A stretch of DNA of 63,572 nucleotides, the filler included, from Olpidium bornovanus S191 (lineage: Eukaryota; Fungi; Olpidiomycota), in the NCBI GenBank assembly GCA_017911155.1. It is 30 parts of 30 records of this genome, joined end to end, with 100 filler letters (N's around TTAATTAATTAA, not from the genome) between each part and the next. Parts side by side here need not be neighbours in the genome. Positions count along the whole stretch, not along the records: positions 24,318 to 25,968 come from JAEFCI010007831.1; positions 26,069 to 27,508 come from JAEFCI010009090.1; positions 27,609 to 29,327 come from JAEFCI010004291.1; positions 29,428 to 30,900 come from JAEFCI010008780.1; positions 31,001 to 32,244 come from JAEFCI010009121.1; positions 32,345 to 33,442 come from JAEFCI010013297.1; positions 33,543 to 34,710 come from JAEFCI010003617.1; positions 34,811 to 36,928 come from JAEFCI010000096.1; 22 more parts are not named here. One strand, given 5' to 3'. This document shows positions 24,705 through 36,794 of this stretch, piece by piece. Each line of letters begins with the position of its first letter. The first letter of the stretch is position 1. The notes below the pieces were generated by a model, which did no database searches, was not told the DNA's origin, and saw only the letters and a list, made by a program, of their open reading frames with translations. A program made the translations under genes and the position numbers.

Positions 24705-25412
24705 TCATTTTCGGCGGGCCTCCAATGTCGCTTTCGCCGCCTGGACTATGAGCGAGTGCTCGACGGCGTGGATCCTCTCTTCCAGATCCTTCAGGTCATC
24801 GGTCGGGTATATGGCAACCTCCTGCGTGAGGATGGGCTCCCCGCGGTCGACCTCCGGGATGACGTAATGGACCGTCCCCCCCGTGCTCTTCACCTTACAC
24901 TCCTTGTACGCGCGGTACGCCCTGCCGATCGCGTCCGCGCCGTCGAACGCGCCGGGGAGGGCCGGGTGGAGGTTGATGACCGCGCCGTGCTCGAACCGCT
25001 GCAGGAACGCCGAGCTGAGCACGTGCATCCAGCCGGCCAGCACGACGAGGTCCGGCGCAGCCTCCAGGACCAACTGGGCCAGGTCCGCGTCGTACTCCTC
25101 CCGCTTCCGCCCCGCCGACGTGTACGGCTTGAGCGGGCGGGATGCGGTGGGAATGCCCGCCTTCGCGGCCCGCTCGAGGCCGCGGGCGCCCTTGCGGTTC
25201 GACACCACCAGCGAGATGCTGCCCGGCAGCTCCCCGCTGCCGCACGCGTCGATGAGCGCCTGCAGGTTCGAGCCGTTGCCGGATATCAAGACGACAAGCT
25301 TTGATCCACCCGACGGATGCAGTCGCGCTGGACAGCCGCCCGGCCTTGCGCGTCCCCTGCAACGTGAATCGCAGGAGACAAAAGCTTTCTTAGTTTCGCT
25401 TGTGCCGTGCAT
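24705..25412 (-). CDS. ADE8: Phosphoribosylglycinamide formyltransferase (stand-alone GAR transformylase); true start uncertain
   Basis: Motifs LVVLISGNGSNLQALID, PDLVVLAGWMHVLS, INLHPALPG, VHYVIPEVDRGEPI and LEERIHAVEH; stop at 24705. Confidence 0.95.
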   Translation of the reverse strand: MHGTSETKKAFVSCDSRCRGRARPGGCPARLHPSGGSKLVVLISGNGSNLQALIDACGSGELPGSISLVVSNRKGARGLERAAKAGIPTASRPLKPYTSAGRKREEYDADLAQLVLEAAPDLVVLAGWMHVLSSAFLQRFEHGAVINLHPALPGAFDGADAIGRAYRAYKECKVKSTGGTVHYVIPEVDRGEPILTQEVAIYPTDDLKDLEERIHAVEHSLIVQAAKATLEARRK

Positions 25413-25595
25413 GGACCTCCCTCATTAGGATACAATGCAGGAATCCAACGACGGGGTCCAATCCACCTCCAAATAACAAAACCAGGGTGAAACCGTTGTC
25501 AACCGGGCCGACAAGCGGAATTTGTCAAGCTTTTTGAGCACAGCTCCTACTGCCCAGCGATTTAAACGCCGCATTTCCCGTTTCGAAGCGCGCTC

Positions 25596-25826
25596 TTACC
25601 TTTTCCTCACGGCCCTCTCGTACTGTCTCGGCCACGCTATAGCCACGCCGAGCTCTTCGGCGCACCGCAGCACGAAGCCAGGATCCCGCAGGAATTCGCG
25701 CGCGATAAAGACGAGATCCGCGTGGCCGGAGCGCACGACCTTTTCCGCCAAAGCAGCGTCCTGGATGAGCCCGACTGCTGCGGTGGCTATGCCGGCCTGT
25801 TTCTTGATTTCCTCCGCAAAGGGAAC
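25596..25826 (-). CDS. NADH:flavin oxidoreductase / old yellow enzyme (NamA/YqjM-like), last exon
   Basis: After a CAG acceptor: VPFAEEIKKQAGIATAAVGLI...AEKVVRSGHADLVFIAREFLRDPGFVLRCAEELGVAIAWPRQYERA, with the C-terminal WPxQYxRA hallmark. Confidence 0.9.
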   Translation of the reverse strand, partial: VPFAEEIKKQAGIATAAVGLIQDAALAEKVVRSGHADLVFIAREFLRDPGFVLRCAEELGVAIAWPRQYERAVRKR

Positions 25827-26887
25827 CTGAGGAAGAACAACGAGAATTGCAGAAAAAAGGTAGGCGGTAGGTAAATTGGCATGCAGGTTGAGGGGAATAA
25901 GACAACGGGTATCTCCGTTTATACGCACGGACGCACACGTAATAATAACAGCCCTGTACGCACAAAACNNNNNNNNNNNNNNNNNNNNNNNNNNNNNNNN
26001 NNNNNNNNNNNNTTAATTAATTAANNNNNNNNNNNNNNNNNNNNNNNNNNNNNNNNNNNNNNNNNNNNGCAGTAGGCGCGCACCCCCGCCGACCAGGGTT
26101 TTTTCGTCAACGGAAATGTTTTGGAATCATGCGCCCGCCCCCCCGTTTTTTTTTTTTTTTTTTTTTTTCTTTTTTGTCGGCGGCGAGGTTTTCAAACGGC
26201 GTCCAAAAACAAAAACTGATAAAGGCTAGCTACGGGCACGATTGTACCCGCACAGAAACCGCCCTGTCCCGTACCTATGATAGTTGTCCCGTACCTATCG
26301 CTCTCTACTCGCAGAAGGCTCTCCCCGCGCCTCAAAGCCCGGGGTCACCTGCTGTGGCGTCAGGGCCGGGGGGAAAGCGCGCGCTCACCGGACACACCGC
26401 TGGCTCCCCAGCTCGGCCAGAAGGTCGAAGCCAAACTGGGCCCTCGCGCCGCAGAACGCGGAAGCACAAACGGTTCTTCCCCTTCCTTTCTTCCTCTTTC
26501 CCCACCTGCGAGAGGCTTGCGGCCTGTTTTCGAACAGCCTAAACAATCGATCAGACTGTTTTTTCCAAAAATTGCCCGTTCCGCTCCCCGGACGGAGAGC
26601 GGGCGGGACGGCGACGGGTGTCGGATAAGTTTACGGTTTCGGCAGCATGAACGCTCTCAGATGGGACTTCACGGAGCGCGCCTTCCCCCTAAACAAAGAC
26701 GGTTGGGAAAGAAGGGAAAAAAAGAATCGGGGCGTTTGCGCGAGGTGCCCGTTTTGCGTAGGGACGCTGGGTCGTCTAGATCACGTGAATTGCACGTGAT
26801 TATGTTTTTGGTTGGCTTCCGGCAGGAATAAGCTCGGCGAAACCCAAAAGAACTTTTTCTCCACCGCCCCCCCCCCCCCTTTCCCCG

Positions 26888-27508
26888 TGTTGAATTCTGC
26901 GTTCGAAAGGAGCTCGCAGGAGCTGCTCTATTCCGGGAATCTACCCTACTTTATGGAGAGGATTTCAGGGGAAAACCCGGGTGGGCGCAGTGCACTATCT
27001 CCCCACTGAACCCCTTTGTTTCAGGTCTCGTTTCAGCACCCCGCCTCACTGCGCACACCTCTATCTGTCTAACGCCCATGGTCACTGCCTAAACTACCGA
27101 TCTACCTTTAATCTATGCGTTTTTCTCAAACTTGGGCGGTTTCACATTTGTCTTGCGCCCTTGCGCAGCGGGCTGCCGTTAGACCTTACGCATACCCAAT
27201 CCTTCACGGAATCCAATGAACTTGACCTTGTTCAAATGTTTCGTGCACAGATCTGCCAGATTCGAGGCTGAATTGACGCGCGCAATGCGAATGATCCCGT
27301 CCGCAACGCATCGCCGGAGATGGTGATACTTGATATCAATATGCTTCGATCTCCTGGAGGTTTTCGTGTCATTTGCAAGCTCCGCCACCCCCGTGTTGTC
27401 TATGAACAACGTCGTTGCCTGCGCCACGGCAGTCGGATCGATATATCGCAGTATCGAACGCAACCACTGCGCTTCCTGCGCCGCGGCCGACCCTGCCACG
27501 AATTCGGC
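26888..27508 (-). mobile_element. Ty1/Copia LTR retrotransposon 3' end: RNase H C-terminus (27508-27179), PPT (27050-27039), 151-bp 3' LTR (27038-26888)
   Basis: AEFVAGSAAAQEAQWL...LFIDNTG...RSKHIDIKYHHLR...NLADLCTK is the Copia RNase H signature. The purine tract AGTGAGGCGGGG directly precedes TGCTGAA, and the LTR ends TTCAACA (6/7 terminal inverted match). Confidence 0.92.
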
Positions 27509-27936
27509 NNNNNNNNNNNNNNNNNNNNNNNNNNNNNNNNNNNNNNNNNNNNTTAATTAATTAANNNNNNNNNNNNNNNNNNNNNNNNNNNNNNNNNNNN
27601 NNNNNNNNAGAACCGGTAGGTGGAGGGGGGGTTAAAAAAGTATAAATTGGGCGCCAGCAAAAATTCCAAAAGAAATAAAAAACGAAGGGGGCCCGACTGG
27701 AGTGAAACTCACGGACGAGGCCGGTCATGCGTATAAGGAAAAATCGGAAGGCGGGAGGAGGAGGGGACCCAGATGTCAAATGTCAAAATGTCAACAACAC
27801 TCGTCCCCCCCTTCCCCCGCTCCCTTCTCTTCCTTTCCTTTCCCTCTGAACGTCCCCCCTCCCTCCCCCTCTCGCTCCCCCCGCGGTTCGCTTTCGCCGC
27901 CGCCTGCTTGCATGCGCACCGTCCCGCGCCGGCCCA

Positions 27937-29327
27937 ATGCGCGCGCGCGCGGAGGCCCTCCGCAAGCGGTGCCCGGCCCTCCCGCCCTCCTGCGCGGGGG
28001 CGTCTCCGCTGCTGCTCCTCGCCTTCTGCGCCGGCCTGCTCGCCTACCACGCCGCCACCTTCGCGCCTGGGCTGACCCCGCGGTCGGCGCCGGAGTCGCA
28101 CGCGGAGAGCGCCCGGCTGCCGCCGCAAGCGCGGCGTGAAGGGCGCGCCGCCGTCGCCGCGCCGTGGCAGTCGGAGCGTCTGCCGTCCGGCCGGCGGTCG
28201 ACGCCGTGGCAGGCCGGCGCCGACGAAGTGCAGGAGGGCCCTCTCCTTTTCCCGGGCGGCGGTGGGCAAGCTGCCGTTGCGTCGCGGGTCGGCGAAGAAG
28301 CGTCGACCGGGCAGCGCCGGCACCCGCACCAGAACCCGGAGCACCCGAACGTCCGGGCGCCGCCGCCGCCGCCGCCGCCGCCGACACCACCACCACCACC
28401 GGGGCCTGCGGCCAACGGCAAGAGGCGTGTCACGCACGTCGGGAACGCCGATGTCGGCTCCCGCGTGGCCCTGCACGTCCTGCAGGACATCTACATACCC
28501 AGGGACGACCGCCATGTGGGAAAGACGGTCGCGTATTCGCGACAGGGTTCGTATCCCGCCGTTCGACGCCTGCCTCCGTCAGAGAAGAAGCGGATCCTCG
28601 TTACGGGCGGCGCCGGGTTCGTGGGCTCGCACCTCGTCGACCGCCTGATGCTGATGGGCCACGAAGTGATCGTTCTCGACAATTTCTTCACGGGCTCGAA
28701 GAGAAACGTGCAGCACTGGGTGGGGCACCCGAACTTTGAGCTCATCCGGCACGACGTTGTGGACCCGTTCATGGCCGAAGTCGATCAGGTGCGCGGTCAG
28801 TCGCAGAGGTCAGGGTCCCCGATGCGCTCACCGCGGATTTCGCGCCGGTGTGGCCTGATTCGTGGTTCCTGCCCGTCCATCTGGGGCGTCTGCCGGCAGA
28901 TATACCATCTGGCTTGCCCCGCAAGCCCCCCGCACTACCAGTATAATCCTATCAAAACAGTCAAAACTAACGTCATGGGAACGATCAACATGCTGGGTCT
29001 CGCGAAACGGACCAAGGCGCGCTTTCTCTTGAGTTCCACATCAGGTGGGTATTTTCTCTGCTGTCGGTGGATGCGCACGCACTCGGACCACGCAATATCG
29101 TCTCCGAACTAAGCGCAGCTGCGCAGAGGTGTACGGAGACCCCGAGGAACATCCGCAGCGAGAGACGTACTGGGGTCACGTCAATCCGATGTATGCCTTG
29201 CGGATTGTTTTGCGAGTTGTTTCCGAACCACCCAGATTGAGTTTTTTTGCAACCGTTGGCAGCGGCCCCCGGGCGTGTTACGACGAAGGAAAGCGGGTCG
29301 CCGAGACCCTCACATATTCATACATGC
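27937..29327 (+). CDS. UXS1: UDP-glucuronate decarboxylase (UDP-xylose synthase), membrane-anchored; 3' partial
   Basis: An N-terminal hydrophobic anchor ([13 protein letters not shown]) is followed by [20 protein letters not shown], then [38 protein letters not shown] and [16 protein letters not shown] across 3 introns. Confidence 0.96.
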
Positions 29328-29427
29328 NNNNNNNNNNNNNNNNNNNNNNNNNNNNNNNNNNNNNNNNNNNNTTAATTAATTAANNNNNNNNNNNNNNNNN
29401 NNNNNNNNNNNNNNNNNNNNNNNNNNN

Positions 29428-30210
29428 CATGACGATCTCCGAGTTGGCGATGAACCTGCAGCGTGTCGCTCTTTTGGGGGATGAGGTCGCCGTAGCGGTC
29501 CGCCAGTTCCTCCAGGAGTACTGTTTCAGGTCGTCTGTTGGTTTTTTTTTTTTTTTGAAGAGTGAGCTGGAATGGAAAGAAAAGAAAGAAATAAAAAAAA
29601 AAAACTCCAGGGCATCCACCCCTCCGGCCTACCCCGCCAATTCGGCGGGAAACGAACTTAGAAAAATTCACCCTCACCCCCACCGGTGCCCCGCTCTGTG
29701 CCTTCTGGAGGTCAGACAGCGTCGTGCCCGCCACATCGTGCTCACACGCGCCCCAGTTATTTGACGTTGGTTGGAAAGGAAAGGTAGCGGAACCAGAAAA
29801 ATCCCCGTTGAAGTAAACAAAAAAGAAGGTTGCGGCTGCTTTAGAGGAGGAGTTCTTCGCCCCTGCCGACAAACCCAAGACAACAACACAAAAGAGAATG
29901 GACGGGCGGGGCGGGGAAAGGGGGACATTTCTCTGTCCTCGTGGCGGACTGGTATTTTTGTTTTTATTTCTTGCTCCAATTCTTGCCGTTCGGCGCGACT
30001 TTGTCGGCAGCAAGGGAACACCTCGCCGTGTTGTACGGGCTATCCCCGGGGCGACGGGCGAGCACCTTCGAACTCCAGAGCGGGTAGAACCTGTGCTTGA
30101 TGTCGTTCTCCCACCACAAGAGCACCCGCGGCGTGCGGACAAACCCGCTCGCCGATTTGGCGCCGCCACCGGTCCGCCGGAAGAATGTGCACCCACGCTC
30201 CCGGCATGAC
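29428..30210 (-). CDS. Unidentified multi-exon protein fragment
   Basis: Globular-looking, stop-free segments with splice-like borders: FVRTPRVLLWWENDIKHRFYPLWSSKVLARRPGDSPYNTA / CEHDVAGTTLSDLQKAQSG / TVLLEELADRYGDLIPQKSDTLQVHRQLGDRH. No family recognised. Confidence 0.4.
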
Positions 30211-30817
30211 GAGCAGCAGCCAGATTATGAGATCGGTTTCGGACCGAGCTGTTTGACAAAACGTCGGTTGTACGCTGGCGGGGCAGTTGGTGACGTCGGG
30301 GAACCCACGGAAGGACCGGTTAGCGAAAAACAACTGTCCGCCCGGCTCTTTTTTTCCCGGGCCGCGTTCACGGTCGTCTTCGCGGGGGAGCGGGAGGCGG
30401 GGGCGGGAGGGGGAAGTGGCCGAACATGCGTGACCCTCGCGCTTTGCGTCCTAGTTGACCTCGCCGCACACGGCAGCGCGATTCAGGGTCGACGACTTTC
30501 GCCCGCCGCTGCAGCTTTTCTCCCGGAGGACGTCGAGTGGGACGACGTCCGCTTCTCGGTCTTGCAGCGCGAGGATCGGCTGCCGCTGCTTCTGCCCGGC
30601 TAGGCCGGGCACGGACGCCGGCGGCGGGGGGGAGGGGGTTTGACCGGCGAGCACGCGATCGCCCGCTGCTGCTTCCGCGCTGCTCCGCCCGAAGGTGGCG
30701 GGTGACGCGGCCGCGGGCTGTTTCCTCTCTCGCCCGGGGCGGAGGAGGCCGAAGGTCTGCTCCGAGAGCGCCGCACGGGCGCCCGCGGCGCGCGCGCACG
30801 CGCGGCAGGCGGAACCC

Positions 30818-30876
<59 letters not shown>

Positions 30877-31443
30877 TGGGGGGGGGAAAAAAAAAAAAAA
30901 NNNNNNNNNNNNNNNNNNNNNNNNNNNNNNNNNNNNNNNNNNNNTTAATTAATTAANNNNNNNNNNNNNNNNNNNNNNNNNNNNNNNNNNNNNNNNNNNN
31001 CATGGCCTGCCCTTGGATCCGTTGGGACAACTCAGACTTGGGTTTCTTGCTCACGAGCAAACCCGGGTTCACGGAGCTGGGGCGCGGGCGTAAAACGCGT
31101 CGTCGACGATGTTGTTGAGTTGGCAGAAAAGCGGTCGTTCCGGTTGACGACGGAACAACTGTTCGTTGCTCGTCGGAAAACACGGTAAGGGGAGGGCGTG
31201 CAAGTTTTTTTTTGATTGACTGCGCTGGTCCGCGTTGGTTTTTCGTTTTATGTGGTTCCTTTTTTTTTGGTTTTGGGGTTCGTCCCCCCGAAATCCCCTT
31301 AACCCCCCCCCCCCCGCCCCCCTTTGCGTCGCCAAAGAAACGCCGGGAAAAATTCCGGCCGCGGACCAGGCGCGCAACACGCGCGGACCAAAACGGCGCC
31401 GCGCGTTTTTGCTTTGTTTTTTTTCTTATACTTTTTTCTGCCA

Positions 31444-32244
31444 ATGAAGCCCTCGAGATGGGATAACGCGAGTGTTTTGCCCATAACGCCCGGAGCAGCT
31501 GCCGCCCCTCGGGCCTCGCCGGCGCCGCCCGCTGCCGCCGACGCCCCTCGTGGCTCCCCGCCCGCGGCCGCTGCAGCCGACGCCGCTGACCGAAGGGAGC
31601 CCGCGCAGAGGTCCGCCGCAAGCCGGTATATCGCTTCGACGCCGGAACCTCTCGTTCAGTCTCCTCGGCCTTCGCCGGCGACGGCCTCAAAATGGAACAA
31701 AGCGAAGATACTGCTCAAGCAGCCCAAAGCCGCGGACCGCCGCGACGGCCCGCCGGCAGCGGCGGCGGCGGCGGCCGCAGCCGTCGGCTCCCCCGTCGGT
31801 GCCGCCGAACCACAGCAACCCCCGGAAAACGCGGGTCCTAGTCTTGAGTCGACCGCTCCGCCCGCGCCGGCGACGGCGCCGCCGCCGCCGGCGCTGACCG
31901 CGGGCTCGCCCGGGAAAAGATGCATACCGATCAGCGCGGAGGGCCTGCAGATCCTGCGGGAAGACGAGGGGAGGGCCAGGTCGGGCGCCTCCGCGCGCAG
32001 TACCGGCCGTGACATGGAGAGGGCGCTGCGGGTGCTGCAGCGCAAGGTCCGGTTCAAGCCCGAGGCGCCGCCGGCGTGGGCGGGCTGCTGGCACAAGGTG
32101 CGACTCCAGCTCGGGCGGGAAATCATGAAGTGGGAGCGCGACACCGAGTACGGCCTCGCGATCTGGGAGCGCGGCCTGGCCGAGGAAATGATCCTGCAGA
32201 AGGAGCTGGCGGCTGTCAACGCGGAGATCGAGGCGGCGCGCAAG
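31444..32244 (+). CDS. Hypothetical protein, Ala/Pro-rich N-part and helical/coiled-coil C-part; 3' partial
   Basis: An 800-nt open frame with strong GC3 bias in the 3' part (RALRVLQRKVRF...WHKVRLQLGREIMKWERDTEYGLAIWERGLAEEMILQKELAAVNAEIEAARK). Confidence 0.6.
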
Positions 32245-33542
32245 NNNNNNNNNNNNNNNNNNNNNNNNNNNNNNNNNNNNNNNNNNNNTTAATTAATTAA
32301 NNNNNNNNNNNNNNNNNNNNNNNNNNNNNNNNNNNNNNNNNNNNCCCGCCGCCGCCACCCGCCACCCACTCTCCCGCACTGTTCTCGCCCAGCGTGATCA
32401 GCCTGTCAACGTACTTCCACCGCCAATTTCCGTGACAAAAGGAGCACCGCGTAAAAAATGCATGAAAAGCGCATTGGAGATTGCAAAACAAAAGCACAAC
32501 TGTCCAGAGAAAGAGAACGTCGCACCGGTGGACGTCGAAAAACCATTTCTGGTTCCTGGCAGCTGTACTGTGGTCGGGTTCAGGTCACGTTCCTTATGCC
32601 GCGGTCAGATCCTTTGCCAAGGAGGTCGCGGGACAAAGCACGTTTATTCAGGTTTTCGAGTTAACCACGTGTAAAGTGCACGAGCGGAAATACAGTCCGA
32701 GCGAGGGGGCAAGCCGGGGGACGAGGTTGTGGGAAGGACGGCGGAGAAGGGACGGGCACTATTTATGTGGCGGTGCGCTCTGCGCGCCACGCTACGTCGC
32801 TCCGCACGGAACTTGGCGGTTGTCCGCGCTGGTCTTTGGCGGGTGCCCGCGCGGATTCCGTCTTGCTCCCGTATCCCTGCTGAGGCGTGCCGCGCGGGTT
32901 GTCTTGCGGTTGGCGCCCATGGTTGCTGGACTTCCCCCTTGCCTGTCTCCGCGCGGGTCTCTTCGCGGATCGCGTTGGCGGGCGGTTTGTGCACACGGTG
33001 CTCTGGGGGTGAGGGGGGGGGCTCGGAGAATTATAGCGGGGGGTTGGGTTCGGCTCACGTGACCCAGGCCCGTCAGTGTCCCTGTGGAATATGGCGGCCC
33101 CGGGCGGGACCCTAAGCGCGCGCGCACATCACACCCCCCGTACTCTCCTCGCCAGGCGTGGCGGGGAGAGTCAATCTCGCGGCGCGCCGGGCTGGTCATT
33201 GCAACGTACCGAGTTGTACTGCGTTGGATGCGCCGGGCCACCCTTTGGGGGGTGTCGCCGTGCGCGAGTGGGTAAGACGCAAAAAGTGGGGGGGGGGGGT
33301 TTGGGGGGGGGGGGCTGGGTCGGGGGCGGCGGCTGGAAGGGTGTTGACGCCATTTTCCACGTGAGATTCCAGCGGGGAAAATGGGGTCGGGGGGGTTTGC
33401 GGAGAAGGGACAGGAAGGGTCCCTTGGTGCGGCACGGTCCAGNNNNNNNNNNNNNNNNNNNNNNNNNNNNNNNNNNNNNNNNNNNNTTAATTAATTAANN
33501 NNNNNNNNNNNNNNNNNNNNNNNNNNNNNNNNNNNNNNNNNN

Positions 33543-34670
33543 GCGAATCAAGAGCCGCCATTCATTGGTATTACTGTAACGTCCGGGGAGGCGGTCCGCA
33601 TTGTTGCGCCGGGTGACCCCACTGCCCCTTGTGGGCCCATCCCGGCATTTGGCACGGCAGGCACGACGCCCGTTAGCGACCACGCGGAAGTGCTTTCGCA
33701 GTCCCCTGGACCCGACTGCTTCGTCGGGCAAATCCCCTCCACGACAGAGTGGAAGTTGCAGGCAGGCGAGGACCAAGATTTTTCGCAGGATGCCGCGCCG
33801 CCGGTCGCGGAGACACCGCCGAAAGACGTTGGGCACTGCGGCGACGGTGGCGCCCAGATCGATGGCACGCGTCAGGAGGGTCCAGCCGCGTTCGCGGAAA
33901 GCAATCACGTTCAAGAGCCTGGCGAAGCGCTCATCCCGCCGCCTTCCGCAGGCGAGCACGGGAGGACAAAGCCGGAGGAGGCCCGCCCCTCCGCGGAGAC
34001 GTCGGCATCTTTTTTCTCGGACGTCGGCGTCCAGGATGCCAAAGCGTGCGCCACGGAAAACAGCGCGTCGAGCAGGTTAGCTGTTTCTGTCGGCGTGCAA
34101 ACCGATGCAGATTGTGGGGACATCGAGCAGGTGACCGGAACGCCTGATAAGAATAACGACGCGGCGGTGGGACAAGTGATCGCGCGCGAAAGGCAATTTG
34201 CCCGTCCGACGGCCGACAGCTTAATTATCACCGCGACGCGATTATTTCTTGACAAGACGGAAGACGATAGACCGAAACGCGAATGCACAACGGAAAGCGA
34301 GCGGTCCGATTTTCTCTCGGAAGCGGGATCCGAGCTTGTTCCCCACGCTAGGTCCAGCGGCATTGGAGCGGGTAGGGTCTGACCAAACTCCTTATCCGCA
34401 AGGGGGGATTTTTTGCGTAACAGCTGATTTCCGGTCGGCTGGTACCAGACGTCAAAAACCGTCTGGGTTGGCTCTACCTTCGCCGAAAAAGGCTGCACCT
34501 GGAGATACTATGGACACGACAGGGCATCCAGAGTCGGGAAAAGGTACTTTTCGGTCCGGGAAATCGACCGGTCCCTTATTAATCGGCGTAGTGGCGAGCC
34601 CGCCGCCTGATGATGCGCAACAAACAAATTTCGCGCTCTGCAGTACCTGGATGTGGTCGAGCATTTGGCG
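33543..34670 (+). CDS. Hypothetical disordered protein fragment (probably 3 exons)
   Basis: The frame is open from the contig start to about 34372. Plausible GTAGGG...ACAG and GTACTT...GCAG introns then continue the frame. No domain recognised. Confidence 0.4.
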
Positions 34671-36544
34671 AGGTAGGAATCTGGGGTTCATTACCACCAT
34701 CTGCCGCGGANNNNNNNNNNNNNNNNNNNNNNNNNNNNNNNNNNNNNNNNNNNNTTAATTAATTAANNNNNNNNNNNNNNNNNNNNNNNNNNNNNNNNNN
34801 NNNNNNNNNNCATGACCTCGGCGAATCGCTCGTTGGATTCGCGCCGAGGTCCGGTTACGGATGCGGGTTCGGTTGCGGTTACTGGTGTGTTCGCGAGTGC
34901 GGGTGCGAGGGAAGGAAAAGACGGAGATGCGGCGTTTTTGCCCGTTGCTACGCGTAAATTAATTCCTGGGGGGGACGCTGAACAAAATACTGGGCAAAAC
35001 CCCCGGATTATCGAGTACTCCGCCCAAATTTTCGCTTTTCGCGGCTCGACGTCTTCTCGATCTCCGTCGTCTGACCATTGTTCGAGCCATCTCCGAAATC
35101 CTTCGAACCGGATCACGTCGAATTTCTTTCCCACAGCGTGCCCTGGCGACTTGTGCCGCCGGACAACGACTAGCCTTCTTTGGCACACCCGTTCTTTGGC
35201 ACACCCATACAACTGGCACACGCAGCGATCCATATGTGGGGCTGCTATCCCCGTGAGTCCTATGCCGATCTAATGATTTTGCGTCAGCTATACCAGCTGT
35301 CCGCGAGGGCGGGTAGCCGGTCATCGGCGATGATTTATCCAGCTGCAACGCATCATAAGTATGCAAACTACCAATTGCAGCCAATAATACCACTCGGACG
35401 CATTCTTGCCAGTTGAAGGTGATTGTGGCGCATTGCGGGTGAACTGAGACAATGCATACGCTCATAATGGCGCATTACTGCAAGTTGGAGCCGATCGAGC
35501 GCACACAGAGGCGCAGCGCTGCCCAATTGAATAAGCGAAGTCAATTGAATCAAACAGCCCAACTGTGTCACGATCCTACGTCGGCGGCGTCGAAAGCGGA
35601 TGTCATTAACGAAGGTGGCGCACGCGAACCTGCAGAGGGCGCAGGCCGGAAACGGCACCTTCAGGGGACATAGGGGACAGACAAAACTCCGCAGGCGAGT
35701 ATGGAAGCGTCGGTCGTAAAACGGCGGCGGCAAATTGCGCTTTGGCTACTGGCCTGAGAGCGTCGTCGAAAGCTTGCCAACGACGGTTCACGCTGCCGTG
35801 GCCAACACAACGGAGACCTGGGCCGTCACGTTGTGCCAGAAAATGTGCCCGGTTGCTGTCCCAAGCTACGGGCAGGCTTTCCGTCTGGACGGTGGAGGGA
35901 CGGCGTAACCAAAGGGGCCCGTCTTCCGGAGTCTCCGCCGTTGGGTCCCGGTTCAATTCGCTCCGAGCGCACTTCGCGCGGGGACGATGAGTTTCTTCAT
36001 TTCCCTGACGAGCGCCGAACTACTCAGGCGGCTCCGCCGTCTCCCACGCACAGTCTAACGACCCGTACCGGTGGCCGAAATGGCCCATGTCCGCGACAAT
36101 TTGCTTCCCGCGAAAAACAAAACAAAAAGTAAATACCGCAGCGCATTCGCTCGCGCCGCCGAGTGTTCTGGTAAAAAAACCGACGAACGTTCGACTCGGC
36201 CGACCGCAGCAAAAAAAGGGCAGAGGGGGCGGCGGGGTGTGGAGGGGGGATTGGCTTCGCGGTGGCACCACTTTCTTGGCTTGTGTTGCAAGAGCTAATC
36301 CCGGCCGGGCCGACGTCCCGTAGCCTCCTGCCTGCATGACGCGGTTGGCGGCATCGGTGCCCGAGGCCCTCGTAGCACAGGGTAATTATTTACCTTCGTA
36401 AAGGCTCCGGGACGAGTAAGCACGATGAAGGGGTTTGAGAGATGCGGCAACTCCTCAGCGGGAGTCGTTACGTCAGCGGATCAAACTCCCGGCGAGAATG
36501 TTGGATGTTCATAAACCGGAGGCGCATCTTGCGTACGCCCGGGG

Positions 36545-36550
36545 TATAAA
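36545..36550 (+). promoter_or_regulatory. TATA box (TATAAA) upstream of the secreted-protein ATG
   Basis: GGGGTATAAAGGGCGGG in a GC-rich context, about 80 bp before AAACATG at 36627. Confidence 0.55.
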
Positions 36551-36626
36551 GGGCGGGCCGTCGACCGCCGTCGGGATATTCACCAGCTCGGCCCTTCTCG
36601 TCTCGTCTTCAGTGAAACCGCCAAAC

Positions 36627-36794
36627 ATGCAAAAGATCCTTCCTGCCGCTTCCCTGCTGGCCGCGGCCCTGTCGGCAGCCTCTGCGTTGGGGCCGTGGGG
36701 TGCCGCCTTGAGCCACCCGCTGGCGGGGAAGCTCGGATACTCGCGGTTGTACTACGCCCCGCCTCCGGTCGTCCAAAGGAAGGTGGTTAAGAAG
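36627..36794 (+). CDS. Putative secreted protein, exon 1; 3' partial
   Basis: The ATG is in a good AAAC context. MQKILPAASLLAAALSAASA resembles a signal peptide with an A-S-A cleavage site, followed by ...YSRLYYAPPPVVQRKVVKK and a GTGCGG donor at 36795. Confidence 0.6.

Noticed and set aside
24705-25826. Bacterial operon or horizontal transfer (purN-like plus namA-like genes in tandem)
   Set aside because: The Ade8 sequence is of the fungal type, and the OYE exon is preceded by a spliceosomal acceptor.
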